In this document: positions 49,201-62,191 of the stretch, in pieces
Position numbering within the stretch: the stretch's first letter is position 1
Layout: the number at the start of each line of letters is the position of its first letter
Assembly: GCF_963676685.1 (NCBI RefSeq)
Contig: NC_092353.1
Location: 5,146,001 to 5,210,000 of the forward strand
Direction of reading: 5' to 3'
Length of the DNA: 64,000 nucleotides
Source: Mytilus edulis
Taxonomy: Eukaryota
Made by a program: the position numbers and the translations under genes
Notes under the pieces: generated by a model
The model's database searches: none
Seen by the model: the letters and a program-made list of their open reading frames with translations, nothing else
Told to the model about the DNA's origin: nothing

Positions 49201-52200
49201 CCGACACATGCTGGCAGAAGAAAGGTTCTGGTAGATCCTACAATAGTTTGTCAGGTATATATGGTTTGACAAGTAATATCCTCCTTGTACAAATACTCAT
49301 AAACTATTTCTATTGAATTATGTACAAAATGAAGTCAATTGAGATTCTACATCTATAAATATTCCACTGACCTGGATTTTGGATTTCATAATTATCAATA
49401 ACTTAGCTAATTAATATATAATTTAAAAAATATGTGTCCATAGGAAATTTCATAGACAAAATTTTGTTTGTCGAACATAAAATTGAGATTTAAAATGGGA
49501 AAAGTATCATGTAGACAACAACATGACTAAAGAGCAAATACAGCCCAAGGCCACCTATATAATTTTTCAACACAGCAGATAGGGATTTAGCTGGTCTTCT
49601 AACCATTATCCATACTAGTTGAGTGAAAATGAAAGTACACTTAATTCTGAATCACATAAATGAACCTTGACTTGGTTGCGATAACATTACATTGGTTTGC
49701 ATTTATGACAAATAGGGATTACTGTTGTTCTAACAACGACTTCCCTGTTTTCAAAAATAAGTTTATACACATGGAGATTTTTTTTTAACTATTTACAGGT
49801 GTTTCAACTTTGATAGGGACGAAAACAGGAAAAGTGGTGGATCATCGGTTAAGAATTTCCTCCTGTAAAATATGTGAAAAGGCCAAATCAAAGGAGATGA
49901 TTCCAAGGATACATCAATGTAGAAAAAATTGGAGTGGATCTGCTAAGGTAGTCTCCCAAAAATACAAAACAAATATCATTATATAACACTGATGTTCAGA
50001 ATTAAGTTTTCAGAAGTTCAAGAATTGCAAAATTATGACTTTGAAATAAATTATAAAAAATACAGACATTGTACACATCAAAATTAGAAGTACTGTCATT
50101 CACAAGCTCAGATGTGTATTTTGAATTATATATATAGGGATTGTCATCTTTTTATAGAAGTCGTAACTTTCATAGAGCTTAAGAATAAAGGTCAAATTTT
50201 ATTTTCCTGATTTTAGCTTTTCTCCTTGTTCAGTTAAAGCCCTTTCATAATAATTGAATTTTTGATGAAATACTTATTAACTATTTAAAATAGAATTCTG
50301 TTCAAAGGGAGATAACTCACTTTTAATTTTCCCTAGTTAATTATACCAATACATATATACAAATATTTTATTGGCACAAACTCAATTACAATAATTGGCA
50401 ACAGCCCATACAACTAGTATACAAATAGTAATGATGCAGCAATTAAACAATACTACATACATGTAGCATATCATTGGGCACTTTTTTAACCATGAAATTT
50501 GCACACAATCTTTCTTCTCTGTTAACTTTCACGTATCTACCTCTTTCAATTTCAAGATTTTTATACGACAGCAAAAATTGAAATTTTTTGGTCGTATATT
50601 GGTATCACGTTGGCGTCGTCGTTTGCGTCGTCGTCGTCCGAATACTTTTAGTTTTCGCACTCTTACTTTAGTAAAAGTGAATAGAAATCTATGAAATTTT
50701 AACACAAGGTTTATGAGCACAAAAGGAAGGTTGGGATTGATTCTGGGAGTTTTGGTCCCAACATTTTAGGAATTAGGGACCAAAAAGGGCCCAAATAAGC
50801 ATTTTCTTGGTTTTCGCACTATAACTTTAGTTTAAGTTAATAGAAATCTATAAAATTTTGACACAAGGTTTATGACCACAAAAGGAAGGTTGGGATTGAT
50901 TTTGGTAGTTTTAGTTCAAACAGTTCAGAAATTATGGGCCAAAAAAGGGCCAAAATAAGCATTATTCTTGGTTTTCGCACTATAACTTAAGTATAAGTAA
51001 ATAGAAATCAATGAAATTTAAACACAAAGTTTATGACCACAAAAGGAAGGTTGGGATTGATTTTGGGAGTTGAGGTCTGAACAGTTTAGGAATTAGGGGC
51101 CAACAAGGGGCCAAAGTAAGCATTATTCTTGGTTTTCGCACCATAACTTTAGTATAAGTGAATAGAAATCTATGAAATTTAAACACAAGGTTGGGTTTGA
51201 TTTTTTGAGTTACATTAAAAGATTTTAAACATAAGAAACCCAGATTATGGATACATTTCTTCATATTACTTGTCCATAGGTTGTTTTCTCTTGTTTGAAT
51301 AAATATATACAAGAGAGACAATTTCTGGTATACGTTCTTGCAATTTTTTTCTTAGGGTATGGAGCCAGATATGGTGGTAGAAATGCTAAAAGGACTGGAT
51401 GACAAAGACATAGTAATTTCACAGGTTGTAGGTGATGACGACTCTACTGGCTTTGACAGGGCAAAAGTATTAATGCCAAGTTCCTCAATGGTCAAAATCA
51501 GTGACAAAAACCATATAAAACACAATATAATAAAAAAAGTAAATGATTTAAAGTCAAAGCATAGAGAGTTGTCAGGGATGGTTGCAGAATCAATAGTTAA
51601 GAATGTGTCATATGTATTGGAACAGAATATTGGTAATCCTGAAGGAATTGAAAAAGGTTTTCATGCCACAGTCAACCATATGTATGGTGACCACCAATAC
51701 TGCACAGAAAATTGGTGTGGATATTTGAAAAACAAACACAACTATGTCCACTCAAACCTTCCTTATGGAAAAGATTTATCTTCCGCATCACTTAAATCAG
51801 ACCTAGAAAAGCTATTTATACAGCAGATGGTACCACAGTCGGACAAATTATCCCAATTAGGGTCTTCACAGGCAAATGAGAGCGTTAACAATATAATAGC
51901 TTTAAAAGCTCCAAAAACTAAACATTTTTCCTCATCTTCCAGCCTTAACTACAGAGTCAGCTCTGCTGTACTGCAAAAGAACGAGGGATATCATTACATA
52001 TCAGAGGTAATAGAATTATTTAAATCCTGTATTACATTTAGTTCTAGCACACATGACCTTCATTTGAAGATATCTTCTTACAGGAGTTGATGCCTTTAAT
52101 TTTTTTTCTTTGAGGAAACTAAACCTAAATTAAAGTTGATAGAGAGTACCTTTGGTTAATAAAAATAGTTCAACCAATATTATCTTAAATTATGTTAAAA

Positions 52201-54466
52201 TGGAGGAATTTTCAATTATAAAAGTTATTGCCCTTGAAATACTTACTTTTTCAACAAATAAACATAATTAACAAGATCCACACAGATTTGTTGGCTGGGC
52301 TGAAATTGTCAACTGAACCTAAATATCTCCATACAATAATTATTTTTTCTGAATAATGATAAAATTTATCAAGATCTATACAAATTACAGAACTTTTTCA
52401 AATATCAAGTTTAGAAAAAAAAGCCATATCAAGTACAGCTAAGGCATCATTAAAATTAATTACCAATATAGTTCACACAACATTATAAGCAGTCAGCCCA
52501 TCATATGATGCTTTATAATGTGCACATTATCTAAACCGTATTCATGTATACACTATATAATAATTTTGTAAGTAGTATAAAGTAATCATATGGACAAGAA
52601 ACAAAATATTCTGTTTGGTGTCTTGTACTTATATTGACACATATATATGATGTGAGTATGGATTACCTTTCTTTAATTTCAGTTAAATACATCTATAGGA
52701 CTATCACCAGGAAATGAGACAATACGAAGGGGTTCAAAGCTTAACCTGCAGAGATCGAAGAAGAAAGCAAAGACCCAAAGTAAGGAATGGAAGAAGAAGA
52801 GAATATTTTTGAAAAAGAAAAGAGCTAAAAGAACAGTATTGTCTGAAACGAAGGAAGGAACAACATACCAAAGTTCAATCGGTAATTTAAGAAAGATTTC
52901 AACACATATAAAAATGTTGGAATATTTACATTTTTTTATTTGCACCAAGGTGACAACTATCAACCAAAGTTAAAGCCATGTTGATATAGGCAATTATTAA
53001 CAATCTATGACCTTCAACAATGAGAAAAACTCAAACATTACAGTCTGCTATGAAAGGCCTTGACCTGAAAGATATGAAAACATTTAACTACAGGGTCATT
53101 TGCATGCCACATGTGAAATACATACCTAACATTCTGGTGATAAGAGTATGAAGAAAGAAGCATTTTGAAAAAAATCTGATTCTTTTAAAATCAATATACC
53201 TTTATAGTATGAAATTTGCTTTTAAAACCAGGTTTACAGGTTGATCAGAAGAAAGAAGACATAGAAAATATACCAGATATGCCAGATGATAGCCACCAAG
53301 TTGTAACTACTGATGCACCATTAGTGGTTTTTGATTTGGAGACGACTGGTCTCAGTAAGTAGAAAGCCCAGAAATCATATCACTGGTCTGACTAAAAGGA
53401 GATATTCTCATTAGTCATATGCATTCTTTATGCTTATCTGTAGGTCAACATTGTTTTGTTAAATGATATGTCAAGATTCCCTTTTAATGAAAATCAGTCA
53501 TTTTAAAATATAGTTTTGAGTAAATAAGTTTTTCAACGTAGAACTAGAACTTCTTACATTTGATTATATATTCATGACTTAATATTGCAGTTTTAAAACT
53601 TATGATGAATGAATTTTAATGCTTTAAAAGAAAATCTGAAATTAAAAACTGTTTCTTATTCTAAATTTTTTTTTTCAGGTAGATATTCAGATATTACTCA
53701 AATTGCAGCTTGCAATGTAGACAGAATATTCAGTCGTTATATTTTCCCTAACCAGCCTATATCAGCAGAAGCCTCTAGAATTACTGGATTAACTGTAGTT
53801 GGTAATAAGATGTATCACAATGGTTCATTGGTTCCGTACAAACTACCCCATGAAGGATTGACTGACTTTTTAAGTTATATATCCGAATTTAAAGACAAAC
53901 CTATATTAATAGGACATAACATTAAGAGATTTGATTGCCATGTTTTATTTAATACATTGTGCTCTCTAAATATGTGGAATGATTTTTCTTCCCAAATATC
54001 TTGTTTTATAGATTCTTTGAATTTGTTTAAACAGGTTGTTCCTGGTTTAGCATCATACAGTCAGTCTTTTTTAGTTAATAACTTACTAGGACAAGAGTAT
54101 GAGTCACATAATGCTGTCCATGATGCAAGATTATTGCTTAAACTAATAACTGACAAGGGAAATATTTCAAATTACCTTGATGATTTAGCTTTTTCACCAA
54201 ACTATCCTGACCAGTACCACTTGCAGTTGTGCAATTTGAAAACATATTCCAAAGTAATAAAGGAAAAAGTAATTTCAAAAGCTATGGCACTGAAAGCAGC
54301 TAAATCAAATCTGAAATTATGCCATTTGAAAATGTCTATAGATAGAGGTGGTAAAATGGGGCTAATAGCATTACTGTCAGAAAAGTCAGTTAAAACAGGA
54401 GATGTCAGAGTGACAAAAAACAAGAAAATATTACAAAGAATATTTGATTACTTTGAAAAACAATGA
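46229..54466 (+). CDS. Spliced DDE transposase ('Mutator-like' domain type) fused to a DEDDh 3'-5' exonuclease, 8 exons, ~904 aa
   Basis: Exons 46229-46757, 48175-48357, 49162-49254, 49799-49947, 51356-52006, 52683-52881, 53232-53354 and 53679-54466 have GT..AG boundaries and total 2715 nt in frame. Transposase motifs: Zn ribbon CIGC..C..C, DTCWQKKGSGRSYNSLSG, CKIC..H.C.KNWSGSAKGMEPD, VGDDDS, SSQANES. Exonuclease motifs: FDLETTGL, GHNIKRFD, HNAVHD. Confidence 0.88.
50555..51200 (+). mobile_element. Helentron-associated (DINE/HINE-like) element with ~160-bp internal tandem repeats, in transposase intron 4
   Basis: ttttatacgac...ggtcgtatatt short inverted motif, a cgt microsatellite, then units containing aaaaggaaggttgggattga at 50721, 50880 and 51041. 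Confidence 0.6.
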
Positions 54467-55570
54467 ATTTTTACTTGGCCTACTTCAACTTTCAGTACAG
54501 ACATACATGTAAATGAGAATTTTTGATATAACAATGTATGAATTTGAATGTAGAATTCTTTACTTGGCCTACATCAAATATTAGTACATGTATCATAATG
54601 TTAGATATGACAATGAATGAATGCATATGTGGAGTTTTTTACTTGGCCTACATCAAATATTACTACATGTATCATAATGTTAGATATGACAATGAATGAA
54701 TGCATATGTGGAGTTTTTTACTTGGCCTACATCAAATATTAGTACATGTATCATAATGTTAGATATGACAATGAATGAATGCATATGTGAAGTTTTTTAC
54801 TTGGCCTACATCAAATATTACTACATGTATCATAATGTTAGATATGACAATGAATGAATGCATATGTGAAGTTTTTTACTTGGCCTACATCAAATATTAG
54901 TACATGTATCATAATGTTAGATATGACAATGAATGAATGCATATGTGAAGTTTTTTACTTGGCCTACATCAAATATTACTACATGTATCATAATGTTAGA
55001 TATGACAATGAATGAATGCATATGTGGAGTTTTTTACTTGGCCTACATCAAATATTACTACATGTATCATAATGTTAGATATGACAATGAATGAATGCAT
55101 ATGTGGAGTTTTTTACTTGGCCTACATCAAATATTAGTACATGTATCATAATGTTAGATATGACAATGAATGAATGCATATGTGGAGTTTTTTACTTGGC
55201 CTGCATCAAATATTACTACATGTATCATAATGTTAGATATGACAATGAATGAATGCATATGTGAAGTTTTTTACTTGGCCTACATCAAATATTAGTACAT
55301 GTATCATAATGTTAGATATGACAATGTATGAATGTGTATACATGAAGAATTGTTTTACTTGGCCTACATCAAATATTAGTAAATGTATCATAATGTTAGA
55401 TATGACAATGTATGAATGTGTATACATGAAGAATTTTTTTATTTGGCCTACATCAAATATTAGTAAATGTATCATAATGTTAGATATGACCATGTATGAA
55501 TGCGTATACATGAAGAATTCTGTACTTGGCCTACATCAATTATAAGTACATGTATGACAATGTTCGATAT
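54467..55570. repeat. 79-84-bp tandem repeat (~14 units) starting right after the transposase stop codon
   Basis: Unit ttttttacttggcctacatcaaatatta(g/c)tacatgtatcataatgttagatatgacaatgaatgaatgcatatgtg(g/a)ag. Confidence 0.95.
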
Positions 55571-55584
55571 GATTTTATAAGACA

Positions 55585-56602
55585 GGGGATATGATTTTTT
55601 TTTAATTGGACTGCATTACTAAGAGATGATGATAAAAGACAGATTAGATATGATTTTTTTTAATTGGACTGCATTACTAAGAGATGATGATAAAAGACAG
55701 ATTAGATATGATTTTTTTTAATTGGACTGCATTACTAAGAGATGATGATAAAAGACAGATTAGATATGATTTTTTTTTAATTGGACTGCATTACTAAGAG
55801 ATGATGATAAAAGACAGATTAGATATGATTTTTTTTAATTGGACTGCATTACTAAGAGATGATGATAAAAGACAGATTAGATATGATTTTTTTTTAATTG
55901 GACTGCATTACTAAGAGATGATGATAAAAGACAGATTAGATATGATTTTTTTTTAATTGGACTGCATTACTAAGAGATGATGATAAAAGACAGATTAGAT
56001 ATGATTTTTTTTAATTGGACTGCATTACTAAGAGATGATGATAAAAGACAGATTAGATATGATTTTTTTTTAATTGGACTACATTACTAAGAGATGATGA
56101 TAAAAGACAGATTAGATATGATTTTTTTTTAATTGGACTGCATTACTAAGAGATGATGATAAAAGACAGATTAGATATGATTTTTTTTAAATTGGACTGC
56201 ATTACTAAGAGATGATGATAAAAGACAGATTAGATATGATTTTTTTTTAATTGGACTGCATTACTAAGAGATGATGATAAAAGACAGATTAGATATGATT
56301 TTTTTTTAATTGGACTGCATTACTAAGAGATGATGATAAAAGACAGATTAGATATGATTTTTTTTTAATTGGACTGCATTACTAAGAGATGATGATAAAA
56401 GACAGATTATATATGATTTTTTTTTAATTGGACTGCATTACTAAGAGATGATGATAAAAGACAGATTAGATATGATTTTTTTTTGATTGGACTGCATTAC
56501 TAAGAGATGATGATAAAAGACAGATTAGATATGATTTTTTTTTAATTGGACTGCATTACTAAGAGATGATGATAAAAGACAGATTAGATATGATTTTTTT
56601 TT
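55585..56602. repeat. ~58-bp tandem repeat (~17 units)
   Basis: Unit gatatga(t)n aattggactgcattactaagagatgatgataaaagacagatta. Confidence 0.95.
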
Positions 56603-59345
56603 CTCTTAGTTATTTGTTTATGTAACACAATGTTAGAGAAGATTGATAAAAAAAAGTGTATGTCGAGTTTTTTTACTTTGCCTACATCAGTCATAAATAC
56701 TAAATACTTGCATGACGAGGCAGATATGATGATATAAGACAGTGGATATGAGATAATTCTTTTGCTTGGCCTACATCAATTATTTGGTTATATATAGGAC
56801 AATATATGTACTATGGATAGTTATATAAGACTGTGTATATAATATTTTTATCTAATTTAGCCTGTAATTAATTGCCTGTCCATTGGCATTGTAGAATGTT
56901 GATATCAATTATTTCATTTGGCCTATATATGTCCAGGTCTGAATTGTTAAAATGATTATAAAACTTATTTTTAAAATATTGTGAAATGTGTTAAGTAGAT
57001 TTCTAACATGTATTTGATGCTGTTTAAAATATTTAACTGGCTGGAGAAAATGTATACTGGTACATAAATAGATAATTTTGTTTATTCTATACACAAACAT
57101 GAATTTTTAAGGATTTTTTTTTTGGTTATAAATGATAAAGAATATAATAGCACTACATACAGTGACTTTCAGTCTCGGTACAGGATAATTAAAACAAATT
57201 TAATTCTCACACGACCTTTTAAGAAATAACTTATTCCAACTTTAACTGTTAATACATTGAATCATCATTGTCAGTTCTTTTTCTTGTAAATTGGAATTAT
57301 ATGCAGGTGTTTAATTTTTCAGCTACTAGTCTTTTTGTTTGGGCTTGGTAAATTTTTTAATGTAATATGACATTTACATGCTTTATCCAACATTGACAAC
57401 TTACTTGTAGCATTTTTATAATGTTTAATTCATAAAAAAATGCTACAGAACCATATACATTTTTTATTTTTATGTTTGTAGTTATAACATTGAGTACTAA
57501 CAGTCTGTTGTCTACTTGGTCATATTTGTGTTGGACTACACCTGTGTTTATAGTACTGACAATAAAAAAGAAATTATCATTCTTTTTGCCTTATTCTATA
57601 TTTTCTTAATTCTTTAAAACAAGAGTGCAGACACACAAGTCAAGGTCAGATGAATCCCACCAGGCATACATGTACAGCTTAAAATCCTTCATACAACAAA
57701 TAAAGTTGACCTATTGCTTTACTGTTTAAGAAAAAACAGACCAAAAAACACAAAAACTTAACACTCAGCAATGAAACATGAAAATGAGGCCAAGGTCAAA
57801 TACAACCTGTGAGAATGACAGTACATATTACAAACATTCCATACAACAAATATAGTAAATCTATTGCAGTATAAAAAAAAACCAGACCAAAACACAAAAA
57901 CTGAACTATAACCATTGAACCATGAAATTGAGGTCAAGGTCAGATAACACCTTTCATTTATTCATGTACACCTTACAGTTTTTCCATAGACCGGAAATAG
58001 TACTAGACCTATTTGATAATGTATCTGAGATATGGACTTGACCAATAAAACTTAACCTTGTTCACAGATCCATGAAATGAGGTCGAGGTCAAGTGAAAAC
58101 TATGTGACAGACATGAGGACCTTGCAAAGCTACGCATATTCCAAATATAGTTACTCACAATAAAAGTAATTAACATTACAAATATCATAACTTTTTTTCA
58201 AGTAGTCACTGAACCATGAAAATGAGGTCAAGGACAATGGACAGACGGAAACTTAAAATCATGAAGACTGGAGTATCTATATACAAAGTATGAAGTATCC
58301 ACCTTCTAAAAATTTAGATATAAAGCTTTTAAGAAGTTATCTTATGCCGCTGCGGTCTTTGGATCACTACCCCTATGGCATGCTTTCTGCCACAAAAGTC
58401 GCAGGCTCGACAAAAAACACTTTACTCCAAATAATACATAATTTGTCTGCTCTGGTTGTATATAACACAACCTGTCAGTTTTCAACCTTCACACAAATAT
58501 ATGTGCAGTTATTTACACTTAGAAATATAAGTTACAGGACATGTTGGAATAGCTTGATGAGACAGCAACCAAGCAACACAAATATACAACAAAGATATAG
58601 AACCTATACCTGGAAATATACCAGTGCATCTAAATGTAAATGTTCGACATAACAAAATTGATAATAATCATAATCATAAAAACTAGTATTTATACCCATA
58701 TTTGTTTTCATTTATGGCGAACAAAATACTCAATTTGTTTTATTTTAACAATTTGATACATCTGAAGCCTGTATTTAAATTTGAACCATCATTTCTATTA
58801 TTGTGCAGTATATATATAATAAGATGTGGTATGATTTTCAATTAGAATATGTAACCAGAGAGCATGATTCTACACAATGCTGAATTGGGAACCTTGCAGA
58901 AAAATGTGAAAATGAGGAGTTGTGGAATGATTGCCAATGAGACAACTATCCACCATGTAAGCAATTCTACATTCAAAATCGATTTCTCCCCATGGACTCA
59001 AACCCAAGACCTCTGTGACAAAAGTCAGTCTTTGTTTTTTAGTTTCCTAAGCTCAACGGCCTACGGATAACTAAGTATATTCAAATAAAGGAAAAAATCC
59101 TGTCATATAGACAACTCTCATAGAGGTTATCAATAAAGGTCATAATTAGCATTCAACAATGAGCCAAATCCATGTGGCATAATCAGTTATATAGGGCCGA
59201 AATATAACAATTTATACGAAAAATAAAGCAGCTGATATATATAAATTTTTCAACTAAACCAAAAAAATCTAATGCAGAAAATCATCAAATTTCATAGAAT
59301 CGCGTTTTCTGGTTTTTATATTTTTTTGTTTACATAGAAACAACA

Positions 59346-59540
59346 GGGGGCATGACCCTTTTCGGGACTTTGGGATCGGGTGTTTTTAAACTCAGAATTT
59401 CGGGATTGATCCTTTCGGGATCCGGGATTTTTTTTTCGAATTTTAGGATTTAAATTTCTTTGAATTCGGGACCTCGGGATTTCATGTTTTTAAGCCCAGG
59501 ATTTCGGGATCAGGACTAGTCTGACCCCACCCCACCCCCC
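59346..59540. mobile_element. Short cggga-rich interspersed repeat; related inverted copy at ~61676-61887
   Basis: Repeated ttcggga motifs. The shared segment cgggacctcgggatttcatgtt...agccc(a/g)ggatttcg appears reverse-complemented at 61.7 kb. Confidence 0.6.
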
Positions 59541-60221
59541 TTAACAAAGCATTAATACAGATATATTTCCTCGATAGTGCATTTATTTTATTGTTTTTTA
59601 GAACTCCTTAAAAAAAATCCTTCCAGGCCTGATGTAACGGCATTTTCAATTGAGTATTTTCATTTTGCATGTTAATATAGGGACAAAATTACCAACTTAA
59701 ATGTGATTGTTTCATTTGTTTCCATGGCAACCGTTTGTTATTAGTGTTTTTTAAAGTCTATACTCTTGCACCTTCACATAACTGATAAAACATTAATAAA
59801 ATTCCATCATTTGAGCCTGTAACTATCCCTTAATTGAATATTTTCAAGAAATATCAGTAAAGTTTCCATGGAAACCGAAATAAAATGATATTTTTCTTTC
59901 TTATATGCACGGTGACCTATATTTTTTTTCGTGTTTTTTTAAAGCTTATGGTATCAGCACTTCATCTCTAAAATATATCAAATTTCTATCATTTGTTTTT
60001 TAATGAAAATATGACTTGAAGCATAGAAGGTGACTAATTTCCCTATATATCTATACAAAATAAGCCGAAATTTATGGTTTTTTGAAGTTCACGTAATTTT
60101 CTTATATGGCCGGTGACCCCCCATTTTTTTTTATATTTTCACTATTTACCTTGTAGGGATCAACTGTGCAAAGTTTTGGAAAAATCTATCATTTTTATTT
60201 TAGACACCTATACCACCTTAA

Positions 60222-61050
60222 AACATACTTACACCAGAGATTTGTTACCCTCATATTCAACGGTAGCACTATAAAGCTATTCATTATAGCAGCGTCTTTT
60301 ATCCCTAGCCAAACAGAATTGCCGAGGTAGTGGGTTTGAAAGTGGGTGATCCTAATGCGTATTTGATCGAATTTGGCTTTATTTCCATATTTCGGACGAA
60401 ATTTCGGCATTTAAGAATGCTTATCCCAGAAATTCTTTGCCCTCAAATTGTAGTACTGTCCAATACACCTTATCGCTATTCCCGGCTGACCCGTCCGCTT
60501 GAACTCTTGACGTCAACAACAATCACTTTTCCATTGTGGCGTCAGACATTTTGTTTTATGACGTCAAAATTTTACGGGAACCTGTGTGATTTCCAGCAAT
60601 GGCGGACACATAGCGATAAGGTGTATAGCTATAAATTAGGACAGCCGCCATACTCCATTATGCCTAGCTATAAAGAACTGCCCAGACAATGGGTCGGAAA
60701 GAGGGTGTCCCAATGCGTATTTGATCGAATATGGCTTTATTTCCATATTTCGGACGAAATTTCGGCCTTTAAGAATGCCGCAAGTTACCCCAGAATTTCA
60801 CCACCCTACCGCTATGGTACTATCTAATAGCTATTCAGTAGACGGTAGAGCAGAGTCTATAATCAAATTTTCTAATTTGACTGTTTTTCGTGTTACAGGC
60901 GAATTTTTCTGCCTGTAAAAATGCTTACCCCAGAATTTCTTTATCCTCCCGCTGTAGTTCCATCCAATAGCTATTCAGTAGAGCAGAGTCTATAATCCCT
61001 AGCCATACAGAACTGCTGAGGCAATGCTTTGGAAAGTGGGTGAGTGACCC
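60222..61050. repeat. Degenerate ~150-200-bp tandem repeat; target of the large DNA transposon
   Basis: Recurrent ttcggacgaaatttcggc..ttaagaatgc..cccagaa...ctagcca.acagaa.tgc..gg...gaaag.gggtg motifs at ~60390, 60750 and 60920. A partial unit lies at 36915-36948. Confidence 0.7.
60464..60625. mobile_element. Short hairpin/MITE-like element with a TGACGTCA-containing core
   Basis: TIR tacaccttatcgctat / atagcgataaggtgta, inserted into the ccaatagct site of the local repeat. Confidence 0.75.
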
Positions 61051-61134
61051 AGTTTCAAATAGAAGTTGTATTGTCGGTATACCATGAAAAATTTCAATTC
61101 ACATCAAAATTCTATTTTTCTAGTCAATGGTTAA

Positions 61135-61273
61135 CAGATGCGGATTTAGGGAGCAGGGCCCCTCCTTTCTTTGAGAAAAAAATTTGGGTGATTATATAGG
61201 GAATCACTGAAGCGGGACCCCTCTTAGGCAGCCAGTGGGCCCCCACTTATGAAAACTTCTAGATCTGCCACTG
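61135..61273. mobile_element. MITE of the GCGGAT family with 5-bp TSD GTTAA
   Basis: cagatgcggatttag / ctagatctgccactg, flanked by gttaa on both sides. Confidence 0.65.
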
Positions 61274-62191
61274 GTTAATATGAGTTGTGAAAATCTCCAA
61301 TAAAGGTTAAATATGCGTTAATCCGAATTACATCCTAGACTACATAAATCTTTTTTTCGAATCAAAAACTATAGCTGAGATTTTAAAGAAAAATAAAATT
61401 GTCGCTCAAGTAGTTTTCCAAACGCAATTGCAGGATAGCTTTTTATAAAGAGATTTGCAGTATGAGAATTGCTGGATAGCTTGCATGACACTAGTCCTAT
61501 TAGACCAAGGGAATCAACAAGACCTTGTTATGCTTTACAAGATGATTGTGGAACTAACCGAACAAGTCAAAATCTTTTAGTTACTACAGAAGCTCAAACA
61601 TTGAAGAACGACAAGAAACAAAATCGAAGGTTTTAATATCAAACTAAGCAGTACCACAATGAAACAAAGAAAGAAGGGGTCGGAAGGGTCCTGATCTCGA
61701 AATCCCGGGCTAAAAACTTAACATGAAATCCCGAGGTCCCGAATTTAAAAAAAAAAAAATCCCCGACATCCCGAAATTTGAAAAAAGAAATCCCGGATCC
61801 AGAAAGAATCAATCCCCAATTCCGGAGCTGAAAAACACCCGATCCCGACGTCCCGACGTCCCGAAACAGGTCCTGCACACCCCCCCAAAAGAAACACTCG
61901 TTCTATACAAAAATTATAATAGATTTGGAACCACTTGGATAGTATTCTTATAAAGAAAGTTACGGGGTCCCCGTGAATTACATGCAGTTGGAGTATAAGT
62001 ATTGCTGCTCTGCTTTCAAACCTGCTCTGCGTAAATATAAAAAAAGAAGATGTTGTTGCCAATGAGACAACTGTAAGAGACCAAAATGACACAGAAATTT
62101 TAAAACAACTATAGGTCACCGTACTGCGTAACCATGCAAATACAGATATACCAAATTACTGATAAAGGCGCTCATTCTGACTGGGTGGATA

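Larger units (their letters stand above)
36949..60217 (+). mobile_element. Large autonomous-looking DNA transposon, Kolobok-like ends (~14.5 kb without the nested LTR element)
   Basis: TTAA at 36945-36948 and 60218-60221. TIR ggtggtataggagtttaaa versus reverse complement ggtggtataggtgtctaaa (17/19). Encloses a spliced DDE transposase gene. The joined flanks restore one unit of a local tandem repeat. Confidence 0.85.

Noticed and set aside
57600-59300. Possible second gene inside the DNA transposon
   Set aside because: Only degenerate interspersed-repeat fragments are seen, and no consistent exon chain could be built.
36949-60217. piggyBac or classical Mutator assignment
   Set aside because: Termini are GG...CC rather than piggyBac CC...GG, and the TSD is TTAA rather than 9-11 bp with long TIRs.
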